The notes: generated from the letters alone by a model not told the origin. Positions 47,101 through 56,837 are shown, counted from the stretch's first letter. The stretch is 64,000 bases of DNA from Candidatus Thalassarchaeaceae archaeon (GCA_030748775.1 JASMLH010000004.1:27234-91233), one strand, 5' to 3'. Numbers and translations are program-made.

Positions 47101-47721
47101 AGGAGCGTGATCCAATAGGACAATACCATCTATGTCTGATATGCTGAAAGGCTCCTTTCCCCCCTTTAGCTCGTTAATTATCCTAGGCACGACCCTGTCT
47201 GGATGGGTTCCTCCGAGCTTTCTCTCAAGTCTGAGGATTATTCTTCTGAAAGTGGGCATTCCCGGGCCTTCCCAACTCTCGAGTGCTAGTTCCCTAGAGA
47301 GTATAGCATGAAGATCTGCCAAGGCACGGGTCTTTCCCATTCCCCAATTCATCTCAGGAAGAGGGTTGATCATCGGGAATCCCAGATTTGCCGATTCCCT
47401 GCTACACTCCGTATGGAGAATAATCTCATATGCGCCATCATTGGGAATTACCCTAGGTAGCCTGAAATCGGCCAATAAGGAGGCTGTTAGTGAGTCGAGC
47501 GTATGGTGAAGGGTCGTGTCTATAGCCCCACTAAGGCCCAGTTCGGACAATGTCTCTCTGCGGGATCCCTCGTTTGGATAAATCACCATTATTCTCCCTG
47601 GAGAGCCTGTCACAGGACCGCTGGGGTTCAGCGCTTGTGTCCGAATGTGCTCATGCAACCACCTCGGCAGTCGCCCTGGGTTGGTTTCCTCATTGCTTAC
47701 AGAATATACCACGGACCCCAC
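44146..47721 (-). CDS. addB: AddB-like subunit: degenerate helicase-like scaffold plus C-terminal Fe-S-type PD-(D/E)XK nuclease, 1191 aa
   Basis: No canonical Walker A. The C-terminus has LECPRSGW (Cys824), GFIDRVDLL, IRDLKT, LQLAIYARAW and CQYCSVSKTC. Its stop overlaps the addA-like start (ATGA). The gene order is addB then addA. Confidence 0.7.
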   Translation of the reverse strand: MGSVVYSVSNEETNPGRLPRWLHEHIRTQALNPSGPVTGSPGRIMVIYPNEGSRRETLSELGLSGAIDTTLHHTLDSLTASLLADFRLPRVIPNDGAYEIILHTECSRESANLGFPMINPLPEMNWGMGKTRALADLHAILSRELALESWEGPGMPTFRRIILRLERKLGGTHPDRVVPRIINELKGGKEPFSISDIDGIVLLDHAPGMCKSYSEMLLQISRLRPIHQLSYPGSFRLGHHGHLLVDEYPITNPEELPEWIVRSERGNEHNGSNVRRILLRREKHSFETAIRLTQERLLDKPNATVMIVDPAIEENRIKWERLLSELGILINRSRRNLTSDSYAHWTLFLANLPYGPDSFSLESLRALSLQQAISPFELISEHPSDSSLSPMADSELLTNLAREEHVLGGPGALSRWLSTMSRPPSEEKNALAKECTQWWLLCIANSLKPLLRPEDRKALEEDSVSVGCVTGNRLPLPEPPHDGDEWLLNTLSSFDISSAMENLDGESTSPASVIQTIWRGHSSLREMQEHTGQKAPAGGQDWVAEFTSLCLESSIRGNATGATGRVRLMGPSEALGCNSDITILCNLSSSSWNLRVPKFPFIGDEERNSMDILRPDGPIRDARHHLKHLLNSAAEVIVLDPTLDETRPPAAPIREWAGAFDPDGTKSEINPTEGQLAAPRDFRQFDGNQIRNNQPPSRPPINPSAVSIGLDFEMQVDRQRRQPFRSEDDGYLPSSASPHVLSFERSSLNARTPEGVAHPRNNPRWPVIGGVNDSGKHSPTIDPRPFSPAPTGSLVSDSRHGHSEGAEQDVRVWSPTRLQKWLECPRSGWLSRGLMVDNEELIGEEIDSRTQGNLLHLVHHDILSRVLGIPMGDERDISGVEKIPSISRSGISEGELMQLAFESLDSRAPWLERTDAVATHSLRSLTGMNLKQWGGWLAEPTQLPVSGRIGTIVSSESSCADSSPISLEWSTDNFHEDGVEISLSPEFTSGEKIPPIKIRGFIDRVDLLPFDDLAQNWLDEEGDLSVAPIRLQGSDWKPRRIIAIRDLKTTDTGSSSRRHLKGLLEELQLAIYARAWEVSHPGDLVLAAGISLFGHNSEHRLEISSNYSESLPQLRLGTRTSITSRLYRFSDEKPPSTSDHFRAWMAHRISVALRVAAQASTGRVHPTPSPGVCQYCSVSKTCHVMEEGDFR

Positions 47722-47790
47722 CTAGCCATCTCCGAGCATACGCCATGCACGACGGTGGTTATTCAACCCAACTGAAAATCCTATGGATTT

Positions 47791-48714
47791 TCAACAAGAA
47801 GAGGCATGGCGGCGAGGCACCAATGCAGCTAGCATGCACAGCAATGTAGAGACCCCTGGTGCTGGAAGAGCGTCCCACATGCCTGACTCGGCATCTATGA
47901 TCTCCCAGTCTATTACGAGGACGGCGGACATGTCTTCTCCTTCCCAAGGATCTGGAGCTTGGATTTCCAAGGAGTTCCCCTCTAACGGGAGAAGAACTGC
48001 CTCGTGCAAGACGTGCCCATAGTTTTCAACTCCGTTAGACCCCTCAGGATAGTGGGCGTTGTCCTCAACAAAGAGGATCCATGCCTCGAATCTCTCCTCT
48101 CCGGAATGGAAGTGCTCTCCAAGATCGAAATCCCAATGGAAATTGAGTGCATTTCCCGATGCTTCCACACCAAGGGTTAGTTCCCCCGAACCATCGAATG
48201 GGTGGCTTGATCCAAATGCAATAGAGGTGGAGTAGTCTGTTTGTAGGCTGTCCGACTTGGGATTGGTACCCATATACATCCTCTCTCCGTCAAAAACAGT
48301 CGCTGGCGCTAGGCGAGATAGTCCTCCTATGTTGGTTGAAGCTGTCCCATAGCTAGACTCCCATCTCTCCTCGGTTGAGTTGCTTCCGAATGGGTCCATT
48401 GTCTCGAACTTGTGCCTGTGATAGTGGATCCGTGTAATATCATCGTCACCTATGGCCTCGTCCAGTGCTGACTCAGAGGTTATGCAGTTCATGCACCATG
48501 TTGCTGTATAGACTTCTACCACTCCTGGAAGATCATCGATTCCGCTGGAAATCGATGTATTCGTCATATTCTCTGAAAGATGAATGGAAATACCCCCAAT
48601 AGTGCCCCCGTTCACTCCCACCCTAGCATCATCCCACAGGGTTTCGCTAGTAGCTGAGGCTTGCATAGGAAGAAGCAAGAGCAACGTGATTGCCAGCGCC
48701 CCAACAGCCCTCAT
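47791..48714 (-). CDS. secreted thioredoxin-fold (DUF1223-like) protein with a PGF-CTERM-like tail
   Basis: Signal peptide MRAVGALAITLLLLLPMQASA. VVEVYTATWCMNC...IHYHRH resembles DUF1223. The C-terminal LPAPGVSTLLCMLAALVPRRH is a hydrophobic segment followed by basic residues. Confidence 0.55.
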   Translation of the reverse strand: MRAVGALAITLLLLLPMQASATSETLWDDARVGVNGGTIGGISIHLSENMTNTSISSGIDDLPGVVEVYTATWCMNCITSESALDEAIGDDDITRIHYHRHKFETMDPFGSNSTEERWESSYGTASTNIGGLSRLAPATVFDGERMYMGTNPKSDSLQTDYSTSIAFGSSHPFDGSGELTLGVEASGNALNFHWDFDLGEHFHSGEERFEAWILFVEDNAHYPEGSNGVENYGHVLHEAVLLPLEGNSLEIQAPDPWEGEDMSAVLVIDWEIIDAESGMWDALPAPGVSTLLCMLAALVPRRHASSC

Positions 48715-48753
48715 ATGTGATTCGAGATGGGACTGTTATTGAACGCTTACGGG

Positions 48754-49806
48754 TCATTGGGAGGATTCGAATGCAGCAATTGACCTGTCGATGTCCTCAT
48801 CGGTGATATGCAGGTGTGTGACTGCTCTGATTGATGAGTCGTCAATCGTAAGCGTGTCTACTCCTTTCTCCGAGAGGCGAGAGACTAGGTCATCTGCTTC
48901 TCCCTCCTCGCATCCGACGTACACCATGTTGGTCTGGACCTGTTCCAAATCTACTGTGAAGGATGGCATCTCGTCGATTGCCTCGGCAAGCTTCCTGGCC
49001 AGACGGTGGTCCTCCCCTAGCCTCTCTATGTTATTTTCAAGTGCATATATCCCTGCAGCGGCTAGGACTCCCACCTGACGCATTCCCCCTCCGAACATCT
49101 TCCTCCATCGATACGCCCTGTATATCATTTCCTTGGTTCCGACCAGGACGCTGCCCACGGGAGCACCCAGGCCCTTGCTAAGACAGATGGAAACTGAGTC
49201 GTAATCCCTGGCTATCCTAGAGACTTCGATCCCCGTTGCGACTGAAGCATTGAAAATTCGGGCTCCGTCAATGTGAGAGGTGCAGGAATTGTCACTGGCT
49301 ACAGCAGCTATCGCATCCATTGTATCCAATGGATAGCATGTTCCCCCACCCCTGTTGGAAGTGTTCTCGACGCAAATCATGGAGCCGTTTGGGAAGTGCC
49401 CTAGGCTACCATCTCCCTTGCGGACGGCCCTAGCCACCTCTGCTGGATCCATGATCCCCATCTTTCCGGGAACCAATGCAACCGAGACTCCTGAAAGCGC
49501 GGCGAACCCCCCTCCCTCGTAGATGTATATGTGACTGTGAGCCTCAGTGATTATCTCGTCTCCCGGTTCCGTCTGTGCCCTAATCGCTGTGGCGTTGCAC
49601 ATGGTTCCCGATGGGACGAATAAGGCAGATTCCTTGCCCAACATGGCAGCCATTCTGTCCTGCAACTCGATTACTGTGGGATCGTCCCCAAGCACGTCAT
49701 CGCCGACTGTAGCATGAGACATAGCCTCCCTCATGGTCGGGGTTGGCTGGGTTACTGTGTCACTTCGAAGATCTACCCGGTCACCAGGGTATTCACGCAT
49801 GGTCAC
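48754..49806 (-). CDS. ltaE: low-specificity L-threonine aldolase
   Basis: DLRSDTVTQPTPTMREAM at the N-terminus and PLP-lysine region SICLSKGLGAPVGS. Confidence 0.88.
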   Translation of the reverse strand: MTMREYPGDRVDLRSDTVTQPTPTMREAMSHATVGDDVLGDDPTVIELQDRMAAMLGKESALFVPSGTMCNATAIRAQTEPGDEIITEAHSHIYIYEGGGFAALSGVSVALVPGKMGIMDPAEVARAVRKGDGSLGHFPNGSMICVENTSNRGGGTCYPLDTMDAIAAVASDNSCTSHIDGARIFNASVATGIEVSRIARDYDSVSICLSKGLGAPVGSVLVGTKEMIYRAYRWRKMFGGGMRQVGVLAAAGIYALENNIERLGEDHRLARKLAEAIDEMPSFTVDLEQVQTNMVYVGCEEGEADDLVSRLSEKGVDTLTIDDSSIRAVTHLHITDEDIDRSIAAFESSQ

Positions 49807-49842
49807 CCAACTGCGTGCTTCACATAACTAGTGCGATTGGGA

Positions 49843-52800
49843 TCAAGTCTTCTTCCTGATGTCCTCTGCATACATGTACGACCTATCTTTGGTTCGTCCC
49901 TTGCCCTTTCTGGAATTGGAGATGTATAGGACGGCCATGGTCCCAAGTACCACTGCGGGAATGCCAAACATCAGTATAGACATCCATAGGGGCCTCTCGA
50001 TCTTGCTGCACCCTATCTGCCCGCTCATCTCTTGCTCATACCCTGATTGGCACTTTGTCTGCTTTGTGGAACCGGCCTCGTCAACGAAGTAACCCGGTTC
50101 TGCGTTCTTGCACCAGGACATTCCAGATTCGGGTTGGAAAGTGCCGGGCTGGCACGGTGTCTGGGCGGGAGATCCTGATTGCCCGACGAAGTTTCCGGCA
50201 GTTGCGTCTATGCACCCTTCACTGCCTGAATCGGGTTGGTAGGTCCCGACACCGCATGTGCTTTGGGAAAGGGCCCCCTCCTCTGGGACATGGTGCCCAG
50301 GCATAGCATCTGAACAGCTTGTCTGTCCTTCCGAAGACTGGAATGTCCCCTTGGAGCATGCTGTCTGGCTGGAGGAGCCAGAGGAAGCCACGAAGTTACC
50401 TGGGCTAGCTTCCAAGCACGCTGTCTGTCCTGAATCTGGCTGGTAGTTTCCAGTCTCACATGGAGTCTGCTCTGAAGACCCTGGCTCGCTAACGAAGTGC
50501 CCGGGTGATGCTTCTATGCAAGAAGGCTGACCTCCTGGTTGGTACTTCCCTGCAGGGCATGGTGATGTAGAGGAGCCATCAGCGCTGACCACCTGTCCCT
50601 CTGGGGCCTGCTCGCATCCAGCAGAGCCCGTATCAGACTGGTATTCTCCGGTTGGGCAGGGCATCTGACCTGTTGCGCCATCCAATTCAACGAAGTTACC
50701 CGGTTCGGCCGGAGTGCACTCATCCTGTCCTGGTTCCGAGGTGAATGACCCGGCTGAGCATGGGATCTGACCAGTCGATCCGGGCAACGAAGAGAAGCTC
50801 CCTGGATCAGCAGCTATGCAGGATGTCTGCCCGGACTCGGGTTGGAATGTACCTGGCTCGCATGGGTTCTGATTGGCAGATGCCTCTGAATCGGTATAGT
50901 GTCCGGCTTGGACGATGAGACAGGAGGTCTGTCCAGATTCTCCTTGGTATTCCCCTGGCAGGCAGGGAGACTGGGAAGTCATCATGGGCTCAGAAACGTA
51001 GTATCCTGGAGAAGCATCGCTACACAGCGGCTGTCCGGATGAAGATGAGTAAGTCCCTGATTCGCATGGCACCTGAGAGGTTGATGCAGCGGATGGGGCC
51101 TGGTATCCCGGGCTTGCGTTGAAGCACGAGGTCATCCCAGATAGCATCTGGTAGGTTCCTGGAGTACAGGGGGAATGGTGGTGCGCCCCGACTGTCGACA
51201 CGAAATGGCCAGGGGAAGCCTGCATGCAGTCGATGGCTCCACTTTCATTCTGATAGTAGCCTATCGAGCACTGGACTTGCTGGGCTGCCGCCTCCAATGA
51301 GGTATAGTTACCCGGAGATGTGGAAATGCAGGAGCTCTGTCCTTGGTTGGGCTGGTAGGTCCCTGGTAAACAAGGAGTAGGACTAACCGAGCCAGTCTGG
51401 TTCACGTAATAGCCGGGCGAAGAGGGGATGCAATCCGATTGGTTCGAAGAGCCCGACGATGGTTGGAATGTTCCTATGCTACAGGGGTACTGCAAGTATG
51501 GGAAGACTCCGTCTGCGTACCATCCTGGAACGGCATCTTCGCAAATCCCGTCAGAAGCGTAAGTCCCGGCAGGGCATCCTTCTGGGAACGGGTCGAAGAG
51601 GAATGGGATGCCATCACCGTCGCTGTCCCTCTCTGTCATGTGGGCGTGGCTGCCATTGCCCAGGTCAACGTACGCCGGGACGTTGCTGTCCACCCCCTCG
51701 CCTAGGCCTAGTGAGCCCTCTTCGTGGGCCCCCCAGCAGTATACTGACGCGTTGGCCGCAACCGCGCAGGTGTGGTAGCTGCCCGCCGAAATCTCGCCCA
51801 CTCCGAGTCCTGCTGGCATTGATACGACGACGGGGGTTGTACTGTTGTCGGTAGTGCCATCGCCGAGTTGCCCGTAGTCATTCCTACCCCAGCAAAGCGC
51901 GCTACTGTCATCCAATATAGCGCAGGTATGGCCGATGCCCACGTCAATCGAGATCGCGGTCCTTCCCGCGGGTAGAGATGTAGCCCTTGGGTATGTTGAC
52001 GAGTTCTCGGAGCCATCGCCGAATCGTCCGTGGGTGTTGTCGCCCCAGCAGTAGACCAAGCCGTCGTCTAGGATCCCGCAGGTGTGTCCGTAGCCAATAT
52101 CCATCGCAACTAGAGAACGGTTTGCTGGGAGCACCGAAATAGGCGTTGGGGAGTTCCTGTCGTTGTAGGCACCGTCGCCTAGGTGGCCGTGGATGTTCTG
52201 GCCCCAGCACATCCCGCTGCCGTTGTCCAGGATGACGCAGGTCGCATTCCCACCAGCGTTGACGGAAACAGGTGTTCGTCCGGAAGGGAGTAAGATTTGT
52301 GTTGGGGCGACCCGGCGAGAGTTATCCCCAGTTCCTAGCTGACCGTATCCGTTGTCCCCCCAGCAGTAGAGGGTGGAGTCGTCAGCGATTCCGCATGTGT
52401 GGTGAAAGCCGGTAACAATGGTCACCATGGACGCACTCACTACAGCAGGGCCATGGGGCTGATTGCAAGCTCCGCCGCAACTAATGTGGTTGTGTCCTAT
52501 AGGACCGTTTGTGTCTACACCCCAGCATTTTACGGAGCCGTTTGTAAGGGCACAGGTGTGTTCGCCATCGGGGCTTATCTCCGTCACGTCCTCTAGGCAG
52601 CAATCGGTTGAGTCGCGCTGGTTGACGCTCACTGGGGTGTGTTCGGGTGCCCATGGGCCTTGCGAATTCCCCAAGTATCCCGTTCCCCAGCACCGAACCT
52701 GATTAATGTCCGTCACAACGCAAGTGTAGTTGTATGATGCCCCCAATGCGGTGTGAGAGTATATTGACCCGACGGTTGAGCCTGGTAAGCTGAGTCCAGA

Positions 52801-52938
52801 ATGGGTGTTCATAGGACTGGCTACTTCTTCCAATTCCCCTTTCTCGGCAACCTGTAGTCCCGACGAAGCAGACATCAAGATGAAGAGTGCGGCTAGAGTA
52901 ATTGACAGGGCTCTGCTGCACGCAGATGGTTCTCTCAT
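49843..52938 (-). CDS. large cell-surface protein: signal peptide, 7-bladed RCC1-like propeller, ~16 cysteine-rich 34-aa repeats (ephrin-receptor-like/GCC2_GCC3 type), C-terminal TM anchor
   Basis: Seven CWG blades (Cys/Trp at residues ~83, 138, 192, 244, 297, 349, 401, with GQLGDG motifs). Repeats follow the form C-P-x-G-T-[YF]-Q-P-x-S-G-Q-T-S-C-x-x-A-x-P-G-x-[FY]-V. The TM anchor is residues ~984-1006. Confidence 0.85.
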   Translation of the reverse strand: MREPSACSRALSITLAALFILMSASSGLQVAEKGELEEVASPMNTHSGLSLPGSTVGSIYSHTALGASYNYTCVVTDINQVRCWGTGYLGNSQGPWAPEHTPVSVNQRDSTDCCLEDVTEISPDGEHTCALTNGSVKCWGVDTNGPIGHNHISCGGACNQPHGPAVVSASMVTIVTGFHHTCGIADDSTLYCWGDNGYGQLGTGDNSRRVAPTQILLPSGRTPVSVNAGGNATCVILDNGSGMCWGQNIHGHLGDGAYNDRNSPTPISVLPANRSLVAMDIGYGHTCGILDDGLVYCWGDNTHGRFGDGSENSSTYPRATSLPAGRTAISIDVGIGHTCAILDDSSALCWGRNDYGQLGDGTTDNSTTPVVVSMPAGLGVGEISAGSYHTCAVAANASVYCWGAHEEGSLGLGEGVDSNVPAYVDLGNGSHAHMTERDSDGDGIPFLFDPFPEGCPAGTYASDGICEDAVPGWYADGVFPYLQYPCSIGTFQPSSGSSNQSDCIPSSPGYYVNQTGSVSPTPCLPGTYQPNQGQSSCISTSPGNYTSLEAAAQQVQCSIGYYQNESGAIDCMQASPGHFVSTVGAHHHSPCTPGTYQMLSGMTSCFNASPGYQAPSAASTSQVPCESGTYSSSSGQPLCSDASPGYYVSEPMMTSQSPCLPGEYQGESGQTSCLIVQAGHYTDSEASANQNPCEPGTFQPESGQTSCIAADPGSFSSLPGSTGQIPCSAGSFTSEPGQDECTPAEPGNFVELDGATGQMPCPTGEYQSDTGSAGCEQAPEGQVVSADGSSTSPCPAGKYQPGGQPSCIEASPGHFVSEPGSSEQTPCETGNYQPDSGQTACLEASPGNFVASSGSSSQTACSKGTFQSSEGQTSCSDAMPGHHVPEEGALSQSTCGVGTYQPDSGSEGCIDATAGNFVGQSGSPAQTPCQPGTFQPESGMSWCKNAEPGYFVDEAGSTKQTKCQSGYEQEMSGQIGCSKIERPLWMSILMFGIPAVVLGTMAVLYISNSRKGKGRTKDRSYMYAEDIRKKT
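50008..51576 (-). repeat. tandem array of ~16 cysteine-rich coding repeats (102-nt/34-aa period)
   Basis: Cys pairs recur at residues 523/537, 557/571, 591/605 ... 963/977, with an almost exact 34-aa period. Confidence 0.85.
51694..52731 (-). repeat. seven RCC1-type beta-propeller blade repeats (coding, ~52-aa period)
   Basis: Recurring V.CWG.N..GQLGDG... and HTC..LDDG motifs in the translation. Confidence 0.8.
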
Positions 52939-53039
52939 GATGCCCGAGTTAGGTTGGAAGTATTAACGGTTATTTCGGATTCGAAATTTCCTAGAGCTTG
53001 CATGGTCAAACTCATTTGTGTGCTACCCCACCGGAAAGC

Positions 53040-54305
53040 ATGGCAGGTTTGGAGGGGGGACAGTATGAGTCCTTCCTCTCTGATAACTGTCCACCGATGG
53101 GGATCTACGAAACCCTGTATGCTTTCAGGGACTCGTTTGGAAGTTTCATGGGTACTGAGGGCACGCACCCGTGGTCTCAGGGATTCCCACTTACCACTCC
53201 ACTGGAGAAGTTTGGAGGCCCCTCCCTCCCGGACAGCGTCGAAGTGACCTGGGAGGACCGATTCTACCCGAAGGCATGGGGGCATCCCAAGTTGCGCGAT
53301 GCCATTGCAGATTACTACAACACACAATATGGTACCAGAATTTCACCCGAGAACGTAATGGTCTTCGCAGGAGGAAGGCCGGGAATCTACACCGTCATGG
53401 CCTTCCTCAAGAAGCACGTCAAAGTGAGGATTGGCAACATAGAATGGCCCGCATATCTCGACATAATGGAGCAGACAAATACGGAGTTCGAAGTTGTCCC
53501 CTTCACCAAGGAGAACAACTTCCACCCTAGCAATGCATCTTACTTCGACCGTTCCAATATAGACGCCAAGACACGTCTGATGCCTGTCATATCCAACCCC
53601 CAGAATCCATCGGGACAGACACGATCAGGAGACGAGCTGAAAGAGTTGTTACAGATGGCAGAGCAGCCTGGGAACGGCATACTTCTGGATGAGGCATACG
53701 AGATGTTCCACTCCCCCTCCGTAAGTGGCATAGAGTACGTAGGGGACTTGGACAGCAGCAACGTGTTCATCGCAGGAGCCTGCACCAAGGGCCTACAGTC
53801 ACCGGGAATCAGAATCGGTTGGATGATCGCAAGCAGGAAGAACATCGAGACGATGTCCAACTACTCTAGCTTCGGGATGGGCGGGGTCAGCCACCCATCG
53901 CAGCAATATGCTCTCATGCTCCTAGAGCCTGGTCGTGTCAAGAAGGCTCGAAAGGCTGTAGAGCAGCACTACAACTGGCAAAGGGAGAGATACGGGAAGG
54001 CTTTCGAGGACATGGGGCTAGGTGTTTTCACAGGCAACGGTGGATTCTACCATTGGCTAGAGCTACCCGAAGGGATGACGAGTTCGGAGCTGAACAAGCG
54101 CCTGTTCAAGCGCGGGGCTGCAATTCTATGCGCTTCGGATTGCGACATGGCCCGCCCGCATTCGAAGGACCCGGGCTATGAAACTCCTTATTCCCGGTTC
54201 TTCCGCTTCTCGTTCGGACCTTTGTTGCCAGAAACATTTGATTCCGATGTCCAGCTGTTCAGTGAAGTTCTAGAAGATTACAAGCTTGATTTTGAGATTG
54301 TTTGA
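53040..54305 (+). CDS. class I/II PLP-dependent aminotransferase
   Basis: NPQNPSG, DEAYEMF, and PLP-lysine region ACTKGLQSPGIRIGW. I preferred the ATG at 53040 over the ORF's first start at 52998. Confidence 0.85.
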   Translation: MAGLEGGQYESFLSDNCPPMGIYETLYAFRDSFGSFMGTEGTHPWSQGFPLTTPLEKFGGPSLPDSVEVTWEDRFYPKAWGHPKLRDAIADYYNTQYGTRISPENVMVFAGGRPGIYTVMAFLKKHVKVRIGNIEWPAYLDIMEQTNTEFEVVPFTKENNFHPSNASYFDRSNIDAKTRLMPVISNPQNPSGQTRSGDELKELLQMAEQPGNGILLDEAYEMFHSPSVSGIEYVGDLDSSNVFIAGACTKGLQSPGIRIGWMIASRKNIETMSNYSSFGMGGVSHPSQQYALMLLEPGRVKKARKAVEQHYNWQRERYGKAFEDMGLGVFTGNGGFYHWLELPEGMTSSELNKRLFKRGAAILCASDCDMARPHSKDPGYETPYSRFFRFSFGPLLPETFDSDVQLFSEVLEDYKLDFEIV

Positions 54306-54374
54306 ACTAGGGATTCTTGGTTTCCAAGTTGGGTTCATGAGCCAGAATGGATGTCCGAACGGTCAAAAACTTAA

Positions 54375-55922
<1,548 letters not shown>

Positions 55923-55924
55923 AG

Positions 55925-56449
55925 CTACTCCAATGGCGCGTACATGTTGAATCCACTGAGTGGTGGAGTGTATACGTGGAGATTTATCAGTTTCGAACGC
56001 TCTTCGTTTGAGACCCTGTGTATATCAGGCTCATCAGCAGCACAGACCTCTCCCGGTTCGTACCTCCTAGATGATACTGGGAATGCCAGCCCTTCCTCAT
56101 TGGTCTTGTATACCGTTTCCGTTGAGGCTCCGGACAGAATAAGGAAGGCGCAGTCGCTGCCTACGTGGTCATGGATTGGCGTTTCCTGGCCCGGTGTCCA
56201 ACAAATTGCCACTAGCTCGTAGTGCTCTGTCTTCTTGATGACGTTTCGCTGATAGCCATCTTCTGAATAACCGATACACCTCTCTATTGCCTCCAAATTG
56301 ACATCCAGATTGGATAGTCGGGTGTCAAGCTCGGGGAGTCCGGGCCTCCTGTCCAGGCCATCCAACCATTCGATTAACCCGGAAATTCCAGAGCACTCCG
56401 AGGCAAGTGCCGAGCGCTCATCGGGTGAAAGTAGAGTCTGAGTAACCAT
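55925..56449 (-). CDS. cysteine-dioxygenase-type-I-like cupin (thiol dioxygenase family)
   Basis: ICWTPGQETPIHDHVGSDCAFLILSG...IHRVSN is a His-triad cupin pattern like bacterial CDO / 3-mercaptopropionate dioxygenase homologs. Confidence 0.65.
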   Translation of the reverse strand: MVTQTLLSPDERSALASECSGISGLIEWLDGLDRRPGLPELDTRLSNLDVNLEAIERCIGYSEDGYQRNVIKKTEHYELVAICWTPGQETPIHDHVGSDCAFLILSGASTETVYKTNEEGLAFPVSSRRYEPGEVCAADEPDIHRVSNEERSKLINLHVYTPPLSGFNMYAPLE

Positions 56450-56492
56450 GAGCGGCCCAGAGCAAGCTCGCTCATGACTCTTCTGATGGGAG

Positions 56493-56837
56493 TCATCCTA
56501 CCAGAGGAAGATCACCGGTTATCTTGTCGATATCCCCTCTTGGGCCGGGACCGACCCCCACCACGGTCTCGGTTCCAGGGGGAATCTCTGTATGGCCAGC
56601 ATCGGTAACAAGATGGCATATCAAGCCCGCCTTCTTTGCTCTGGCAAGGACTTGTCTCAGAGAAACCATATCTGGGACCTTGCAGACTACCTTTCTAGCT
56701 CCGTTCCTAAGGTACTGGTCAAGTTTCCTAGGGCCTTTCCTCTTTGCAATCAGGACGCATTCTGCCGCAGCGTGAGAGCACTGGGCAGCCAACTTCCCCT
56801 TCGACAGCTGGAGGTCGTTTCTAGTCACCAGAACCAT
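56493..56837 (-). CDS. pth2: peptidyl-tRNA hydrolase, archaeal/eukaryotic type (Pth2)
   Basis: MVLVTRNDLQLSKGKLAAQCSHAA...LVTDAGHTEIPPGTETVVGVGP. I preferred the ATG at 56837 over the TTG at 56861. Confidence 0.9.
   Translation of the reverse strand: MVLVTRNDLQLSKGKLAAQCSHAAAECVLIAKRKGPRKLDQYLRNGARKVVCKVPDMVSLRQVLARAKKAGLICHLVTDAGHTEIPPGTETVVGVGPGPRGDIDKITGDLPLVG

Noticed and set aside
39218-47721. Interpretation of the helicase-nuclease pair as a known two-gene defence system (Gabija-, Hachiman- or Shedu-like)
   Set aside because: No OLD/TOPRIM ATPase, HamA-like or Shedu-like partner motifs are present. The domain order, the inactive-helicase partner with an Fe-S nuclease, and the addB-addA gene order fit AddAB much better. 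A defence role remains speculative only.
50008-51576. Regularly spaced ~102-nt repeats that could be mistaken for a CRISPR-like or satellite array
   Set aside because: The repeats are in-frame, imperfect coding repeats of a cysteine-rich protein module. There is no repeat/spacer alternation and no leader or cas genes.
53182-53216. Second ORB-like string, as evidence for a dispersed repeat or a second origin element
   Set aside because: It lies inside the aminotransferase CDS, the spacer length differs, and it lacks the G-string. It is most likely a chance similarity, and is noted only as a cross-reference in the ORB finding.
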